NCBI GenBank assembly: GCA_963693365.1
Contig: CAVNZM010000009.1
Span: 1,924,231-1,988,230, forward strand
DNA from: Amoebidium appalachense
Lineage: Eukaryota; Protista; Ichthyosporea
Direction: 5' to 3'
Length of the DNA: 64,000 bases
A program made the translations under genes and the position numbers. Every line of letters begins with the position of its first letter. Within the stretch, counting starts at the first letter, position 1. Shown here piece after piece: positions 1 through 51,882 of this stretch. The notes beneath the pieces were generated by a model. The model did not search any database, was not told the origin of the DNA, and saw nothing but the letters and a program-made list of their open reading frames with translations.

Positions 1-1990
1 GACGAAGAGGCAAAAGAAGCGACGATGAAGTACACTCCCCATAGCACACGTGGCGAATGTTGATTCGGCGAGAACCACAACCTGATGAAGAAGTAAAACA
101 CGGACACACGGGGGAGACACCCAGAAATGACGAAGAAGCGGCGATGGAGTAAATTCCCATAATACACGTGGCGAACGTTGATTCGGCAAGACTCCCAAAA
201 TGATGATAAAGCGACAAAACAGCACACACCCATGAACGACGAAGAAGCAAAAGATGCGACGAAAGAAGAAGAAAACGACAACAGCCGAGGCCCAGAGATG
301 ATGAAGAAGCGACGATGACGGAGAAGACGAAGATACCATAGCAGAGGCCCAGATATGACGCAGAAAGATGAAGGACGATGAATCCGATGGACTCCCGAGG
401 GAAGAAGCAGCAAAAGAAACACGACAACAAAAAAAGAGGAGGCCCAGAAATGACGGAGAAGGTTACACCCGTATCTAAGAAACTTCCATCCAACCAAGAA
501 GCGAAAGATGACCGAAACAACATAGGCACAGAGATGACGGAGAAAAAGGGGTAACCAGAAATGGCTGAGGAAGATGACGGATGCCGGCCATCGGAAGGAC
601 TCCAACAAAAGAAGGCGATTAGACACCCAGTAATGACGAAGGAGCAAAATGAGCAGCGAAGACGCAAAAAACAGAAGACGACAAAAAAGGCAGAAGCCCA
701 GGGAGGATGCAGACCGAGACAGGTTCGACGAAGAAGCACAAAGGTGACGACAAAACAGTGCAGGCCCAGAAACGACGACAAATGATACACCCGAATAGGG
801 ATTCCCAAGCGACGAAGAAGAGACGGAAAAATTCTGGGCGAAGACAGGCAGGCGCCGTGAAAAATGTTGAATCCGAAGGACTTCCTTCATTGCTCACAAA
901 ATACAGCAGAGGCCCACAGTGACGAATGAAGAAGAATGTTGAAAGGGACGCCCTCCCTACCGACAGCCGAAGAAGAAGCAGAAGACGAGAACCAGCACAG
1001 GCCCAGAAATGACGAAAGAAGATGGCACCGAAGACAACCAAAAGAGATTCGCCAAACAAACGGCACACCACAAGAAGCAACGAAACAACACAATGACACC
1101 TTGACGACGACGCCGAGACAAAACAGCCAAAAATCCGATTCAGCAGTAGAGCCGGGAAAGGTTTGAAAGCACAAGAGGCAAAGGTGATGTTGCGCGATGA
1201 CCCCTGCCAAAAATGCATCCACACCAAAATGACAAAACAGCAGGCCCATGTTGCACACAGGGCCCACATCCACGGAGAAGTACGAACCCATGCACGTGGT
1301 GAAGCCGTGGAAGGATGTGTTGCACGTGCACACCTGCAGATGTCCCACCCAAGGATGCGGCACGAGAGACCCACAAAGGGTGACAAAACACGCATTGAGT
1401 GACAAGGTGAACCCGCCGACAAAACACACTTAAGTGACGAAGTAGCCCAGGTGTATGAGTGACGCTGCACAAAAAGACGACACCAAGACTCAACCATGAA
1501 GGAAGCGACAAAGAAACACAAACACCGACGAGTAGAAGAACCCGCTGGAGAAACCGCGCACCGAAGGAGATTTAACCACAACCACAAAAACATGAACTGC
1601 CACACGTCGGAGACGACCAAGCAGTACAAACCCGCCAACGAGGAAACCCCACACAGGGGAGACTGCATAGAACACTGACGTTGAAGACCCCAGCCGACAA
1701 AAAAAAAAAAAAAAACACGGCTGCTGAAAGCGAAGGACCTCGCAAAATGGACATCCATTATGATAGGGCAAGAATCATAAGATGGACTAGGGATGACGAC
1801 ATTCTCAGCACATAAATTTGTGACGATAAACCCGAAGACAGAAACCCCAGAAGGCAGGAAAACGATGCCGACACCCGAGAAAATGAGGAACTAAAAGAAT
1901 GAACAAGGAACTCCGACGTGAGATGTGGCCTGACGGCCGGTAAACTGACGATGCAGCTTGAAGACAGCACGTACATGATGGATACGTACA
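1..1990. repeat. Degenerate purine-rich repeat region, probably the interior of a transposable element
   Basis: Variants of AGGCCCAGAAATGACGAAGAAGCGACG recur many times (near 120, 290, 345, 440, 760, 1000). The block TCCCATA..ACACGTGGCGAA.GTTGATTCGGC is duplicated (~37-69 and ~155-187). No recognisable protein domain. Confidence 0.5.
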
Positions 1991-2019
1991 CGCAAAACAC
2001 TTAAAATAACAGCTGCCGA

Positions 2020-2866
2020 ACACACCGTGAAGCACCTACCAGCTGCCGCAATGAAGTTGCACCACTCCATCGCCGCCGCCGCCGCCGCCGTGAAGCCACA
2101 TCCACCTGCCGCCGCCGCCGTGAAGCCGCATCCACCTGCCAGCGCCGCCGTGAAGCCGCACCCACCCACCGTGAAGCCACATCCACCCGCCGCCATCGCC
2201 GTCGAGCCGCACCCACCCGCCGCCGCCGCCGTGACGTCGCATCCGCCCGCCGTGAAGTCACATCCACCCACCGCCATCGCCGTGAAGCCGCACCCACCAG
2301 CCGCCGCCGCCGTGAAGTCGTATCCACCTGCCGCCGACGCCGTGAAGTCGCACCCACCCGCCGTGAAGCCGCACCCACACGCCGCCGCCGCCGTGAAGCC
2401 GCACCCACACACCCACCACCGCCGCCGTGAAGCCGCACCCACACGCCGCCGCCGCCGCCGTGAAGCCGCACCCACACACCCACCGCCGCCGCCGTGAAGC
2501 CGCACCCACCTACCCGCCGCCGCCGTGAAGCCGCACCCACCTACCCGCCGCCGCCGTGAAGCCGCACCCACCTACACGCCGCCGCCGTGAAGCCGCACCC
2601 ACCTACCCACCGCCGCCGTGAAGCCGCACCGAACAGCCGTCCCCACCCCCCCCCCGTCGAGAAGCCGCTCCCACCCGCCGCCGCTGCAAATCCGATCCAA
2701 CACAATAGTAGCAGCACCTTGCACACTTTTGCCAGAGAACGATCTACACGGCTGCCGCCGCCATGGAGCCGCATCACCCCGTCGCCGCCGTGAAGCCGCA
2801 TCACCCTGCATCCACTGCCGCCGTGTGAAGCCACGTGTACGTGCCACCCAGGTACCATCACCGTGA
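2020..2866. repeat. GC-rich minisatellite, unit ~21-33 bp (GCCGCCGCCGTGAAGCCGCACCCACC)
   Basis: More than 20 tandem variants of CCGTGAAGCCGCACCCAC are directly visible. Confidence 0.95.
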
Positions 2867-3534
2867 AACAACAGACCGAACCAAACGCACACAACCCGTA
2901 CACTCGAAGTAAACTGATGATAAGATCTCATGGTGACGGAGAAACGGCCCCCTCTCTCTCCAACGAACGTTACGGCCCCCTCTCTCTCCAACGAACGTTC
3001 CATCAAAACCGGAAACCCAACCTTACGCATGCCCACAACTTTAGGTAATCGAGGTCTCTCCCAACCCAGAAAAACATTAAAAGCCAAAGCAACGATGCAC
3101 ACGCACAGCTGAACCTTCCACCCACCAGCTGCCAACCATACCACCAACTCGGGACATTTGGAGAGCCTGCAGCACCATTGAAACCCAAAACATATAACAC
3201 ATCACTGAGATGGCAAAGTATCGCTATCCGCATTCTGTCCACAGCTGATAATCACATACTCACCTTGGCAGACATCGATGAAAGCAAGCGTTCGAAAAGT
3301 GATGTTCATCGATGCCAAGACATTCGTACGAGCCAAAAACTATTCGAAATTAAAAGATACCACACCCAGACAGTTCTTTCGTGGCACGTACACAAGTCCG
3401 CATACGAATTCAACTCAGGGTGCGTTGTCATAATTTAAGACATGGGAGTTACCGAACCTTGGAATTCGATATCAGGGGAGCACGACGTGGGGAAAGAACA
3501 ACGCTCGCAATGGCAGAACGTATGTAATGGCAGC

Positions 3535-3668
3535 CCACATACAGCAGGACGTCGAACCCACTAATACGGCAGCTTATGGACATTGGGTTACTGATGCATT
3601 TCCACATACAGCAGGACGTCGAACCCACTAATACGGCAGATTATGGACATCGGGTTTTTGATGCATTT
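3535..3668. repeat. 67-bp tandem duplication
   Basis: CCACATACAGCAGGACGTCGAACCCACTAATACGGCAG.TTATGGACAT.GGGTT..TGATGCATTT starts at 3535 and again at 3602. Confidence 0.9.
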
Positions 3669-3869
3669 TCAGAATATGGCATCGTGGACGTGAAGAGCCG
3701 GTATTAACATTTGACTCGCTCACACTGGCACCCTCGAAAGGGATCTTGCCAATACGACGTAACTAGTCCAAATAAACAGGACGGCACAGGGACTCTTGGC
3801 TACTTGTAACACCATATTCCACGATAGGACGATGAGGCAGCCTAGAAGCAGGGAGGGGGTGAATTGCTG

Positions 3870-4474
3870 TGTTACAGCCGAGTTCTTATATCTTTACCCC
3901 GTGTCAAAGGGACGGAAATGGCATACACCCAAACGTGCTGAATGTCCAAATGGACAGCAGGTGCAGTTCTTGAATAAACCGTTTCTACGGGACGAAAAGT
4001 GTGCACTTCAGAGCGTGCTGGACATTGACTAGGTGAATATGTAGTATGCCTTGACTAGGAAGGATCACAGTTGCATCGTGGAGACAAGCAGAAGTCAAAC
4101 CCACACGCACACATTCATGCAAAGACGCCCCAAACCACGCCGTTCCAGGGACAGACCGAAGCCGTTCAATTTCTTGTAAGCCGTTTAATCATTTCTCCTC
4201 TCGCACGGGCACATGCAACCAGCAGCAAGCCAGGCTGCGGCAGCAGCACACGCACAGACGACACAAACTGTGTGCCGGTTCTACTGCCGAATGCGCGAAG
4301 ACGACCACTGCAAAAACACACCTTTGCCGGGCTCCAATTTTTGACCTACAATATATAAGAGCCGAATCAGCCGATTTTCAATGGCTAGATCTGATTGGTC
4401 CCAACAGAACCTAATAGAGGTGGGCAAAGTTCTAGATTTTTCATGATTTGTCCGTATCTAACAATGGTTTAACA
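3870..4474 (+). mobile_element. Candidate LTR (TGTTA...TAACA) preceded by a polypurine tract
   Basis: Purine tract AGAAGCAGGGAGGGGGTGAA lies just upstream of TGTTAC (3870). The segment ends in TTTAACA (4474) and contains AATAAA and TATATAA. No second LTR is visible in the window. Confidence 0.3.
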
Positions 4475-4799
4475 CGTCACCTCAGAGGCTTGCTTTTTTA
4501 TACATAAAGCGAATTTGGGGTTTGGAAACACTTTCAAGCTCTTTTGAATCATTTTAAGCTTAAACAACCATGAACATCCTAGAAGTATAGCCAGAACTCA
4601 ATATGTTCTCTTTGCACGCACTCAACAAGTCTGCGCACGCAATGACGACATCACAGCCAGACCGAATGCACTGTCGAAGCGCCAGCAAGCATACAAGCGC
4701 TACCTTGACAGCCGGCAAACTCTGCCATCAAACAACGCCTTTACATCCCTGTCTAAACAGTGTAGCGGATATAAATCCAGGCATTACTTAAATAGCTTT

Positions 4800-7860
<3,061 letters not shown>

Positions 7861-8216
7861 GTCCGAACTTCTCGAAGCTGCGGCAGCAGCTGCAGCTTAC
7901 AATAGGCATGGGAAGTTGTAACTCACGTCAGAAGTAAAGGCTGTAGTCAAAGGTTTAGCCCCGGTATCCTACCATATTCAACAACTCTGGTATCATAGTG
8001 GCCCATGTGCATAAGTGACAGTTAGAGAGTTGCAAGCTAAAAATTTTGAGTACTCAAAAACTTCCCATGACTCGTTGCAGTCACACTACCCACGTTACCT
8101 AAAAACATTTTGATAGATAGGCTACAGTTTGTGTTGTACATCTTTATCCATGATAGAAAACGTCAACATTAGGTTTTCATACTCTTGTTTACCGCCCTGA
8201 ACTGTCTACTTTGGCT

Positions 8217-29580
<21,364 letters not shown>

Positions 29581-29925
29581 GAAAATCCGGTTCTTTTTGA
29601 TGTTGATATGTGCACCCTTGCTTACGGAAATCTGAGTTTAAACCCCCGGCATTGAAAAGTCGGGTTCTTTTTCTAGTATTAGATGGCTATAACACTGAAC
29701 GTATGACATTTTCCATTTTTCCATTTTGCTTTTTAAGGGGAGAGAGTCATGAGAGTCTTATTTCGAATGTTAAGGTTCAGCAGTCTTGGAAAAGAACCTT
29801 GCTCGGGAATTTTCCTTTCTTTTTTTTGGAGTTTTTATTTTAATCTGCTTTTTCTCCCTCTCAGTCGATCTTTTCCGCACGTGTAGTGATTTTATTTTTT
29901 TCTTTTTCCCTTTCTTTTTTTTTTT

Positions 29926-29964
<39 letters not shown>

Positions 29965-30492
29965 ATATTAGAATGTAGACTTAAATTTAAACCAGGTGTT
30001 CGTCGCAGTATTGTAGTTTTTTAATTTTTTCCTTTCCTTTTGACTGAATTTATTTAACCGATACATAGAGGCCCAAGTATGCACGACATACTTAGGAGGC
30101 AATGACTGTAATTTGACTTTTTCATCCCATTTCCAGTATAAATGATTGCCCTTTCTCCCACCAATCAGGCCTCATCTAAACCATAAATGCGGGAAGTTGC
30201 CACACTCGGTTATGCATGACGAGGACCCAATAATTTTGCTGATCTCGATTTAGTGTACGAAGGCTAAGTTAGTTAGATTGTGCAAAACCCTTTGGTCCTG
30301 TGCATGGCCCGTTAAAAATAGATTGTGTTGCTATAATCGGACATTACTTAGGAATGTATGCGACCATCATGAGAAAATCTAGTTAATAAACAGCTGCAGC
30401 CGAATTTCCCGAAATTGTCTGTGAAAGTTTCAAATTGTAACATGAGGATTATGCAAGAAGTGCCGGGTTGCCGTTATTGTAATGGGCCCATG

Positions 30493-30525
<33 letters not shown>

Positions 30526-30754
30526 ACGGGTTGACCCTCCCAAGTTCAGTTGATGCTGCTGTCTGAGTTGGAGAGTCGTATATACGCGGGCTAAGGGGTC
30601 GAAACTCAGACGCAATTGATGACTTGGGCCCTCCCTGAGGATGGGCTCTGCTTATGACGCATGCTGTGCGCATGGCTGATGTTGCATACTTGAATGTTTG
30701 CCTTTGCATTTGTCGTTCGTGTATGCGTACTTCGTACCGTGTTCCGCATTCAAA
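30526..30754 (+). mobile_element. poly(C)-flanked retroelement 3' end, subfamily B copy 2 (more 5'-truncated)
   Basis: Matches 22437-22680 apart from an internal deletion. Poly(C) on both sides; ends CGCATTCAAA-C(n). Confidence 0.85.
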
Positions 30755-31336
30755 CCCCCCCCCCCCCCCCCCCCCCCCCAACCCACCCACCCCCCTCCCC
30801 CCCCCCCCCCCCCCCCCCCCCCCCATGCAGCGCTCTTTATGTGTGTGCTTTGCAAGTTAATTTGAAATCATTTGTGGTGCGTTGTCCACCATGAATGTGT
30901 GCTTCATACTCTACAACACATTCAACCCGCCTCCTCCTCCTCCTCCCCCCTCTCCCATCCCCTCCCCCCCACTCTCCCCTCCCCCTCCCCTCCCCCGTCC
31001 AGGGTTAGCGCACACGCACGTGCGAACGTAAGAAAGCACGAGATCACTCCTATAAATTTGTTTCCGTTTCACGGTGGTGGTTGTGTTTGCTTTCAGTTCC
31101 GTATTTCAACCCTTCTTTTGCAATATTGGTGGGAATTTATCATCAGCCAGAATTCTTCTGTACACACGTTTACGGAATAACGTCTGCAGCTTTTGCACAC
31201 CGTTCACCACCGTACCATACCATTAAATAGACATACGCTGGGTACTGCATGTAAGATGCACGAACAAAAATATACTCTCCATGCATCAATAGTCCCCCCC
31301 CCCTCCCCCCTCTTCCCCCCACCCTCTCTCTCTCTC

Positions 31337-31380
<44 letters not shown>

Positions 31381-31710
31381 AGCACCAGCCTCTCCCCGCC
31401 CACCGACAGACCGTTTCAGGCTGTGGCCCCATTGTAGTTGTCTTACTCGTAAGTATCTAGTGGCTTCGAGCTTTTCTGGGAAGAAATAGATTGGCAGCCT
31501 GGTACCGGCACCGCATCGCAGCTTCATGGGTGGTCGATAATAAGCAGCAAATCATCCCAATATCGATCATCGAAACTTACTACTGATATATTAGTAAATC
31601 GAAGCGTTGTGAATCCCCCCCCCCCCCCCCTCCCCCTCCCCCCCCTCCCCCCCCCCCCCCCCCAAAAAAAAAAAAAAAAAAAAAAAGACACCGGGCAGTG
31701 ATCGAAATCA

Positions 31711-33150
31711 TCACTCCTCATCTTCCCCAAACGCATAGATGTCCTCCGTCTTTTTCTCAGCCGCCTTCACCAATTCTTTCATCTCCTTTCCCTCCACCAC
31801 CACGTTGTTTTCTCCCCGGCTAAACATGGGATGGTCCAAGGGCACATGTAGCACCTTGACTAGCACATGCAGAATGTGCTTGCAGGCAGGTTTGCGCACC
31901 AGGAAATCTCTGCGCAACAGCGGGGGTTTTTCATTTAGTTCATAATGTTTCGAATTGTTAAGGTTTGTTGGGGGGGGGGGGGGGGGGGGGGGAGGTGGGG
32001 GGTAAGAGAGAGAGAGGGGGGAGGGGGGGGGGGGGAGGGGGGAGGGAGGGAGATGGGGAGAGGCCAGAGCTCTCGAGGAATATGTGATCGGGGTATGATG
32101 ATCGAAGACAAAAGAGGAATCGTCGCAACATCGCCACAGTGAAATGCAAACAAATAGGCAACGGCCGAACTTAACGTAGTGTTGAGACGTGTGGACCCCC
32201 TTAACATGTGTGTACACACGCCTTCTTCCTTCCTCTTCTTCTTCATTCCTCCCCCTTCCTCCCTCTCCAACTCTCCCCCCCCCCTCCCCCCTTCCACGGC
32301 CTCAAGGGTTTTCTTTTTTCTTTCTTCCTTTCTTCAGTTTTTGGCCTGCGTTTTAATTTTTTATTTATTTATTTTTATTTTTCTTTGGGGGGGGGGGGGG
32401 GGGGGAGGGGGAGGGGGGATGGGGGGAGTGGGACCAAGGGGGAATCGAGAGTAAGACATGTAGAGACATGTAGATAATATGTAGACAGAGAGAGAAACCA
32501 AAGAGGGATAGTCACCTGCATGTGCACGTGGGGTTTCTGGCGATGGTCACCTTGTAGGGTTTGCCCCTGCTCCCTGTGACCTGCAACGAGTATGGGTAGT
32601 GAGAAAACGGCATGTGACTTTGACAGCCTATGACTGTCTAGCTAATCGAAGATTCCAGTTCACTGCATGGTCTCTATCATAGGGCACAGTGACTATGATA
32701 TTTACAGCACATCCCCCCCCCCCCCCCCCCCCATATTATGATTCTGCTCTTGTAACTGTTGCGGGATCCAAATAGTTGGCAATGTTTGCAATTGAACTTG
32801 GCATTACTCTTGGGTGGGGAAGGGAGAGAGGGGGGAGGGGCGGGGGAGGGGGGAGGTTGGGGGGGGGGGGGGGGGGGTAAATCTAGGACATTTTTAGATT
32901 AGCAACTGGTCGCTAAGCTCTAAGTTTTGTGCAGCTGGACCGGTGCCTGGATCAAGACATTTGCACCAGACATTCAATGATCAGCTCAGTGTGGGCTTGT
33001 CGACGTCAGTTTTTATTTTATTTTAATGTATTTTTATATTTTATTCTATTTTTTATTTTTTATTTTTTTTTGGGGGGGGGGGGGGGGGAAGAGGAGGTCC
33101 TGGAGGAGGGAAGAAGAGAAGGACAGGAAGGGTGTTGGGAATTTGTTTTT

Positions 33151-33193
<43 letters not shown>

Positions 33194-34081
33194 TGGGCTG
33201 TCCGGAGCCGGGATGATTATTAGAGAGAAGCTGACAGCACTGCACCATACAGTAACAGTTGCAGACCTTTAACAAATCCTTAATTTACGCACCTCAAACT
33301 CGATGCTCATTGGCCCCGCAGTTGGCTGCACATTCACCGTCTCAATGGGCTCATTCATTGCACGCTGCAGCCGCCGCTGTTCGTCTTCAGACTCCAAAAT
33401 GGATCCCGTCTCACTCTCAGCCTCACTCTTGCCCTCTTCTCCCGCTTCCCTCTTGCTCTCTTTCTTCGATTTCTCTCCCGTTTCCTTTTTCGGTTTCTGT
33501 GCACTGGCACGAGTGGAAGGTTTGTCGGATGTGTCTGCTGATGCCTTTGCACGTTTGACGCGCGGGGTCGTGGTGTCCTTACCCTTGGTCCTGTGCGTGC
33601 CGTTAGAAGAAAGATGGTCAGTTTTATTGCTACAAAATCTGGTTTTTTTTTTTGTTTTTTTTTTTTTTACGAGCAAACTGGGGGCTTTTAACCAGCAAAC
33701 TAGTTTTTTTTTGGCGAGTAAACTGGGGGGGTTTTTTAACGAGCAAACTGGGGGTTTTTTAACGAGCAACCTGGGGTTTTTTTTTTTTTTTTAAGCAAAC
33801 AGAGCCTAGTAGGAACGGCTGAAGTGCGATCGACTGCCTCAGTACCAAAAGCAGCATCATGTAATTTATCATAGAATTATTTAAATAGGCTACGGTTGTG
33901 AACTAATTTGGCAGCCGTGGTGTCGCTGGGTGGGCTGGCAAAAAAATGGAGGAAAAAAAAAAAAAAAAAAAAAAAAAAAAGCAAAAAGAAAAAAGAAAAA
34001 AAAAAGGGTGTCATCGTAACTATCCTTTACACAAGTTGTGTGCATGTGCATGTGCGGCAGGTCTCAGCACAATCGACGGAT

Positions 34082-34130
<49 letters not shown>

Positions 34131-34148
34131 ACCAAAAAAAAAAAAAAA

Positions 34149-34179
<31 letters not shown>

Positions 34180-34687
34180 GAAAGAAATGTTTGCGATGTG
34201 CACTTTTTCACATGGTGGGTGGGATTGCGCGCAAAATGACGGAGGGGGGAGTGGGAGCGGTGTGTGTACATGTGTGTGTGTGTGCGCGCGCGGCACGCAT
34301 ATGCATTGTGTGTGCACCGGGGGGGGGAAGGAGGGGGGAAGGGGGGAGGGGGGGGGGAGGGGGGGGGAGGGAAGGGCTCTACAACAACCTCTTACGTGCA
34401 GAAGCACGCGTGGCTGCCGGTTGCTGTTTCTCCTTTGCACTGTCCTCCTTCTCTCCAGCCAGCATCTCTGGGTTTGGGGCTGCGGCCGGCAGGTGACGAG
34501 CCTCCAAGTTCTCCTCTGTGGCAAACACCTTTTGCAGCCACTCGGGTATGTCTTTTGTTTCTTTCTCAGTGGCGCCTGCACGTGCAGAGACAGGCTCAGA
34601 CAGAGAGGGTTCGCTGCCAACACCTGCCCCTGGTGCTGCCTCTGTTGGAACGGGGCGAGGGTGTGCTTTGCTTCTTTTGGGAGCCAT
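31711..34687 (-). CDS. SWIM zinc-finger protein (MEKK1/ZSWIM2-like SWIM) with a charged low-complexity N-terminus
   Basis: Exons approximately 34687-34389, ~33590-33293, 32580-32516 and 31909-31711. Spliced sequence reads ...RRLQRAMNEPIETV..EFEVTGSRGKPYKVTIARNPTCTCRDFLVRKPACKHILHVLVKVL..., giving the CxC-x9-CxH SWIM motif. The exon 1/2 junction is uncertain. Confidence 0.8.
33645..33795. repeat. Short tandem repeat of ACGAGCAAACTGGGGG-T(n), ~22-25 bp
   Basis: About 5-6 copies visible in the first intron of the SWIM gene. Confidence 0.85.
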
Positions 34688-35133
34688 GGTGGTGTTGGTA
34701 CTGAATACAGAATCGATGAAAAAAGTGATGTTTTGGATTGGGGTTGTAATTAGAAAAGCTCAACTTTTACCAGACATTCAAGCCTGAAGGTTTCAAAATC
34801 TCGACTGCAGGTGCAGGTACACAGGTCTCTACCACAATACATGTAGGGCAGGCACTTCTTTGCCCTGGCAGCCCTTTGAATACACCTTATTTGTCAGGGC
34901 ATGCAGGTCTCCTTACAGTCCTAACAAGTCTAGTGAAAGACGAAATAAAAACATATATGCAACACTGATGCATGATGATTGTGAAAAAGAAACTTTGAAC
35001 TGCACTCAACAAACCGTTGGGTGACGCCAGGGCAATGCCATGGGCATCGGCTGGACATTTCGTGGTGACAGGTCCTGGATCAGCATGTACTTGTGAGGTT
35101 TTGCAGGCGTTTTGCAGACCCTCTCGGCCCATG

Positions 35134-36240
<1,107 letters not shown>

Positions 36241-36379
36241 GGGAAGAAGAAAGGCAAGTATGTAATTTTTTGCTATCGACAATATCACTATGCTTCATAT
36301 GCTTAGTTGTCCCGGCTATTTTGCATGGCCCTTTACACACGACTCCCGTTTTCTAACACTACCCGTTCAGAAACGAAAA

Positions 36380-47782
<11,403 letters not shown>

Positions 47783-48689
47783 AAAGTCAGCGTTGAAAGA
47801 CTCCGAGCCTTTTTCAGGGTTTTCTCGTCTTTATGGCCTTTGCTTGTGCAGTGTTGTTGAGTGATCATGTGTTTAAAAATATTAAAGTGAATGTTTGTGT
47901 TCTTGGCACCTCTCGACATGTATGTGACGACCTTTCTTGTCCTTCACGTTTTCGGTTTTTTTGTTATTAGCCGTGTTTAGGTGTTGCGTATAATGCTACA
48001 TTGCCATTTTCTCTGGATTATAGAGCTTAAGGCATTGCTTTTTGTGGTATATACCCACTTGACATGCTTCGTACATACCAATAACTTCTATGAGATATTA
48101 ACCTGCACTTTCGGTGTATCAAGTAGTTATATATATGTGCAAGTACTTACTGTGTATATAACTCTGCCTTTCTCAATCTCGAAATATCTAATGTGTAGTG
48201 CCTGTGGTATGAGCAAGGAAGACATTTGGTGACCAGGCACACACGAGCACACAAGAGTTTTTGGCACAAGCAGACACACTTATGCACGCACGCATACACA
48301 TACACACACGCGCACATGCACACACATGCGTACGCCCGCACACACGATACCAAACGTGCAATCAGTCGCACATGCATGCTTTTCAAATAATTTAGTACAG
48401 TCACAGACACAGACACGGGATAAAAAACATGTCATTCTACTTATATACCTGCGCAAAGCGATACCACGTACGTCCTGATATGCACTACCAATAAATAACA
48501 AATATACTGAATCTTGGAGTGGTACTGAACTTTAAATTTGTTGGCCAGCCGCCGAAGCCGGCGTAAACCAGAGAAGAATTACTTAAGCAGTGATACAGGC
48601 AGTACGGTAAAGTGAGCTATTCCGGTCTTGTTCTTCGCGTCTTTCTTCTTCAATCCCGCGTGCGCATTTGTGTGTGTGTGTGTTTGTTT

Positions 48690-48720
<31 letters not shown>

Positions 48721-49371
48721 CCAGTGTGTGTGTGTGTGCCAGTGTGTGTGTGTGCGTGTGTGCCTGTGTGCGTGCCTCAGTGCGTTGTTGCCTGCTTGCG
48801 TGTGCATGCGTGCGTGCGTTTTCATGCATGACCCGGAGTTATCTTTGGGACTGAGTTTTTATGACAACGGCACTACATCAGTGGTTAAGTAACACAAATA
48901 AGCCCTCACAAACATTTCACTTGAACTATATTAGTCGCACCTCTTTTTCATGAGATTATCCGAAGTTATCATGGCATGCCAGACGCCAGTGCCTTTTTTA
49001 ACCTTCAGATGAGGCAGATTCAGCTTAGTATTACTTACTAACAAAAGTCTAAGTGTGCATACTGTGCCTGCCGTGGTAATAATATCAGTAGAATCGATGA
49101 AGGGTAGCAAAAGTTCTTTAAGTCACCATCCATCAATAAAGTTTGGTGATTCAACCTTAAATTGACTCGATCATTAAACTTTATGATAAGATTCACTCAT
49201 ATGATAGGTTCTATGTACTCATCAAAATTAGTCAGTACATGTTTTCATCCGCTAGAGCTCCTAACTTCGAAACCAAACTCTCACCGCACCAGATTTCCGT
49301 TGAGTGCCCGTAACGTCTACTCCTCTTCATGAAGACTTCAATTATATCCATATATGGAAGTTCTGTCGTCA

Positions 49372-51410
<2,039 letters not shown>

Positions 51411-51882
51411 TTTGAGCGGAATTTGAAGTATAAATATGGTATTAAGTGACCTGAGGCTCGGAAGGAGTTGATGTTTGCTGCTTGTCGTTTGTTTACATCT
51501 GGCGCCTAGGCCTAGCAGCATCCTTGTTAGGGGATTTATATAGTGTTTGAAGTGCATTCCTTAGATCTAAACAGTGCCCCAGTGTTCGGGTGCAGTCACT
51601 GATTGGAGAGCTTTATCTAACATGCATTGCCGGCGCCCCCCAAAACCTTCGAGGAGAGCATTGCGTCTTCTTCCGACTCAGTTTTCCACTTTTTAGAAAA
51701 ATTAGGAGTTATACAGTTTTCACTTATTTGTGAGTTACACTGTTCCAGCCTGACCATTCACGGAATGTTTCAAGACAAGGAGAGATTTTTTTTTTTTTTT
51801 TTAACAAGCTAATAAAGTCGCTGTATCATGTTTTATTAGTTTTTGTGATAAAAGACAAACGAATGGTACTGCGCTGTGCACT

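Noticed and set aside
619-1758. 379-aa minus-strand ORF
   Set aside because: Low-complexity F/S/L/C composition reflects the antisense of an A-rich repeat region; no domain is recognisable.
2027-2497. Extensin-like ORF (AVKPHPP)n
   Set aside because: It arises from a minisatellite that is open in several frames, and the repeat continues out of frame. No signal peptide or unique coding flank.
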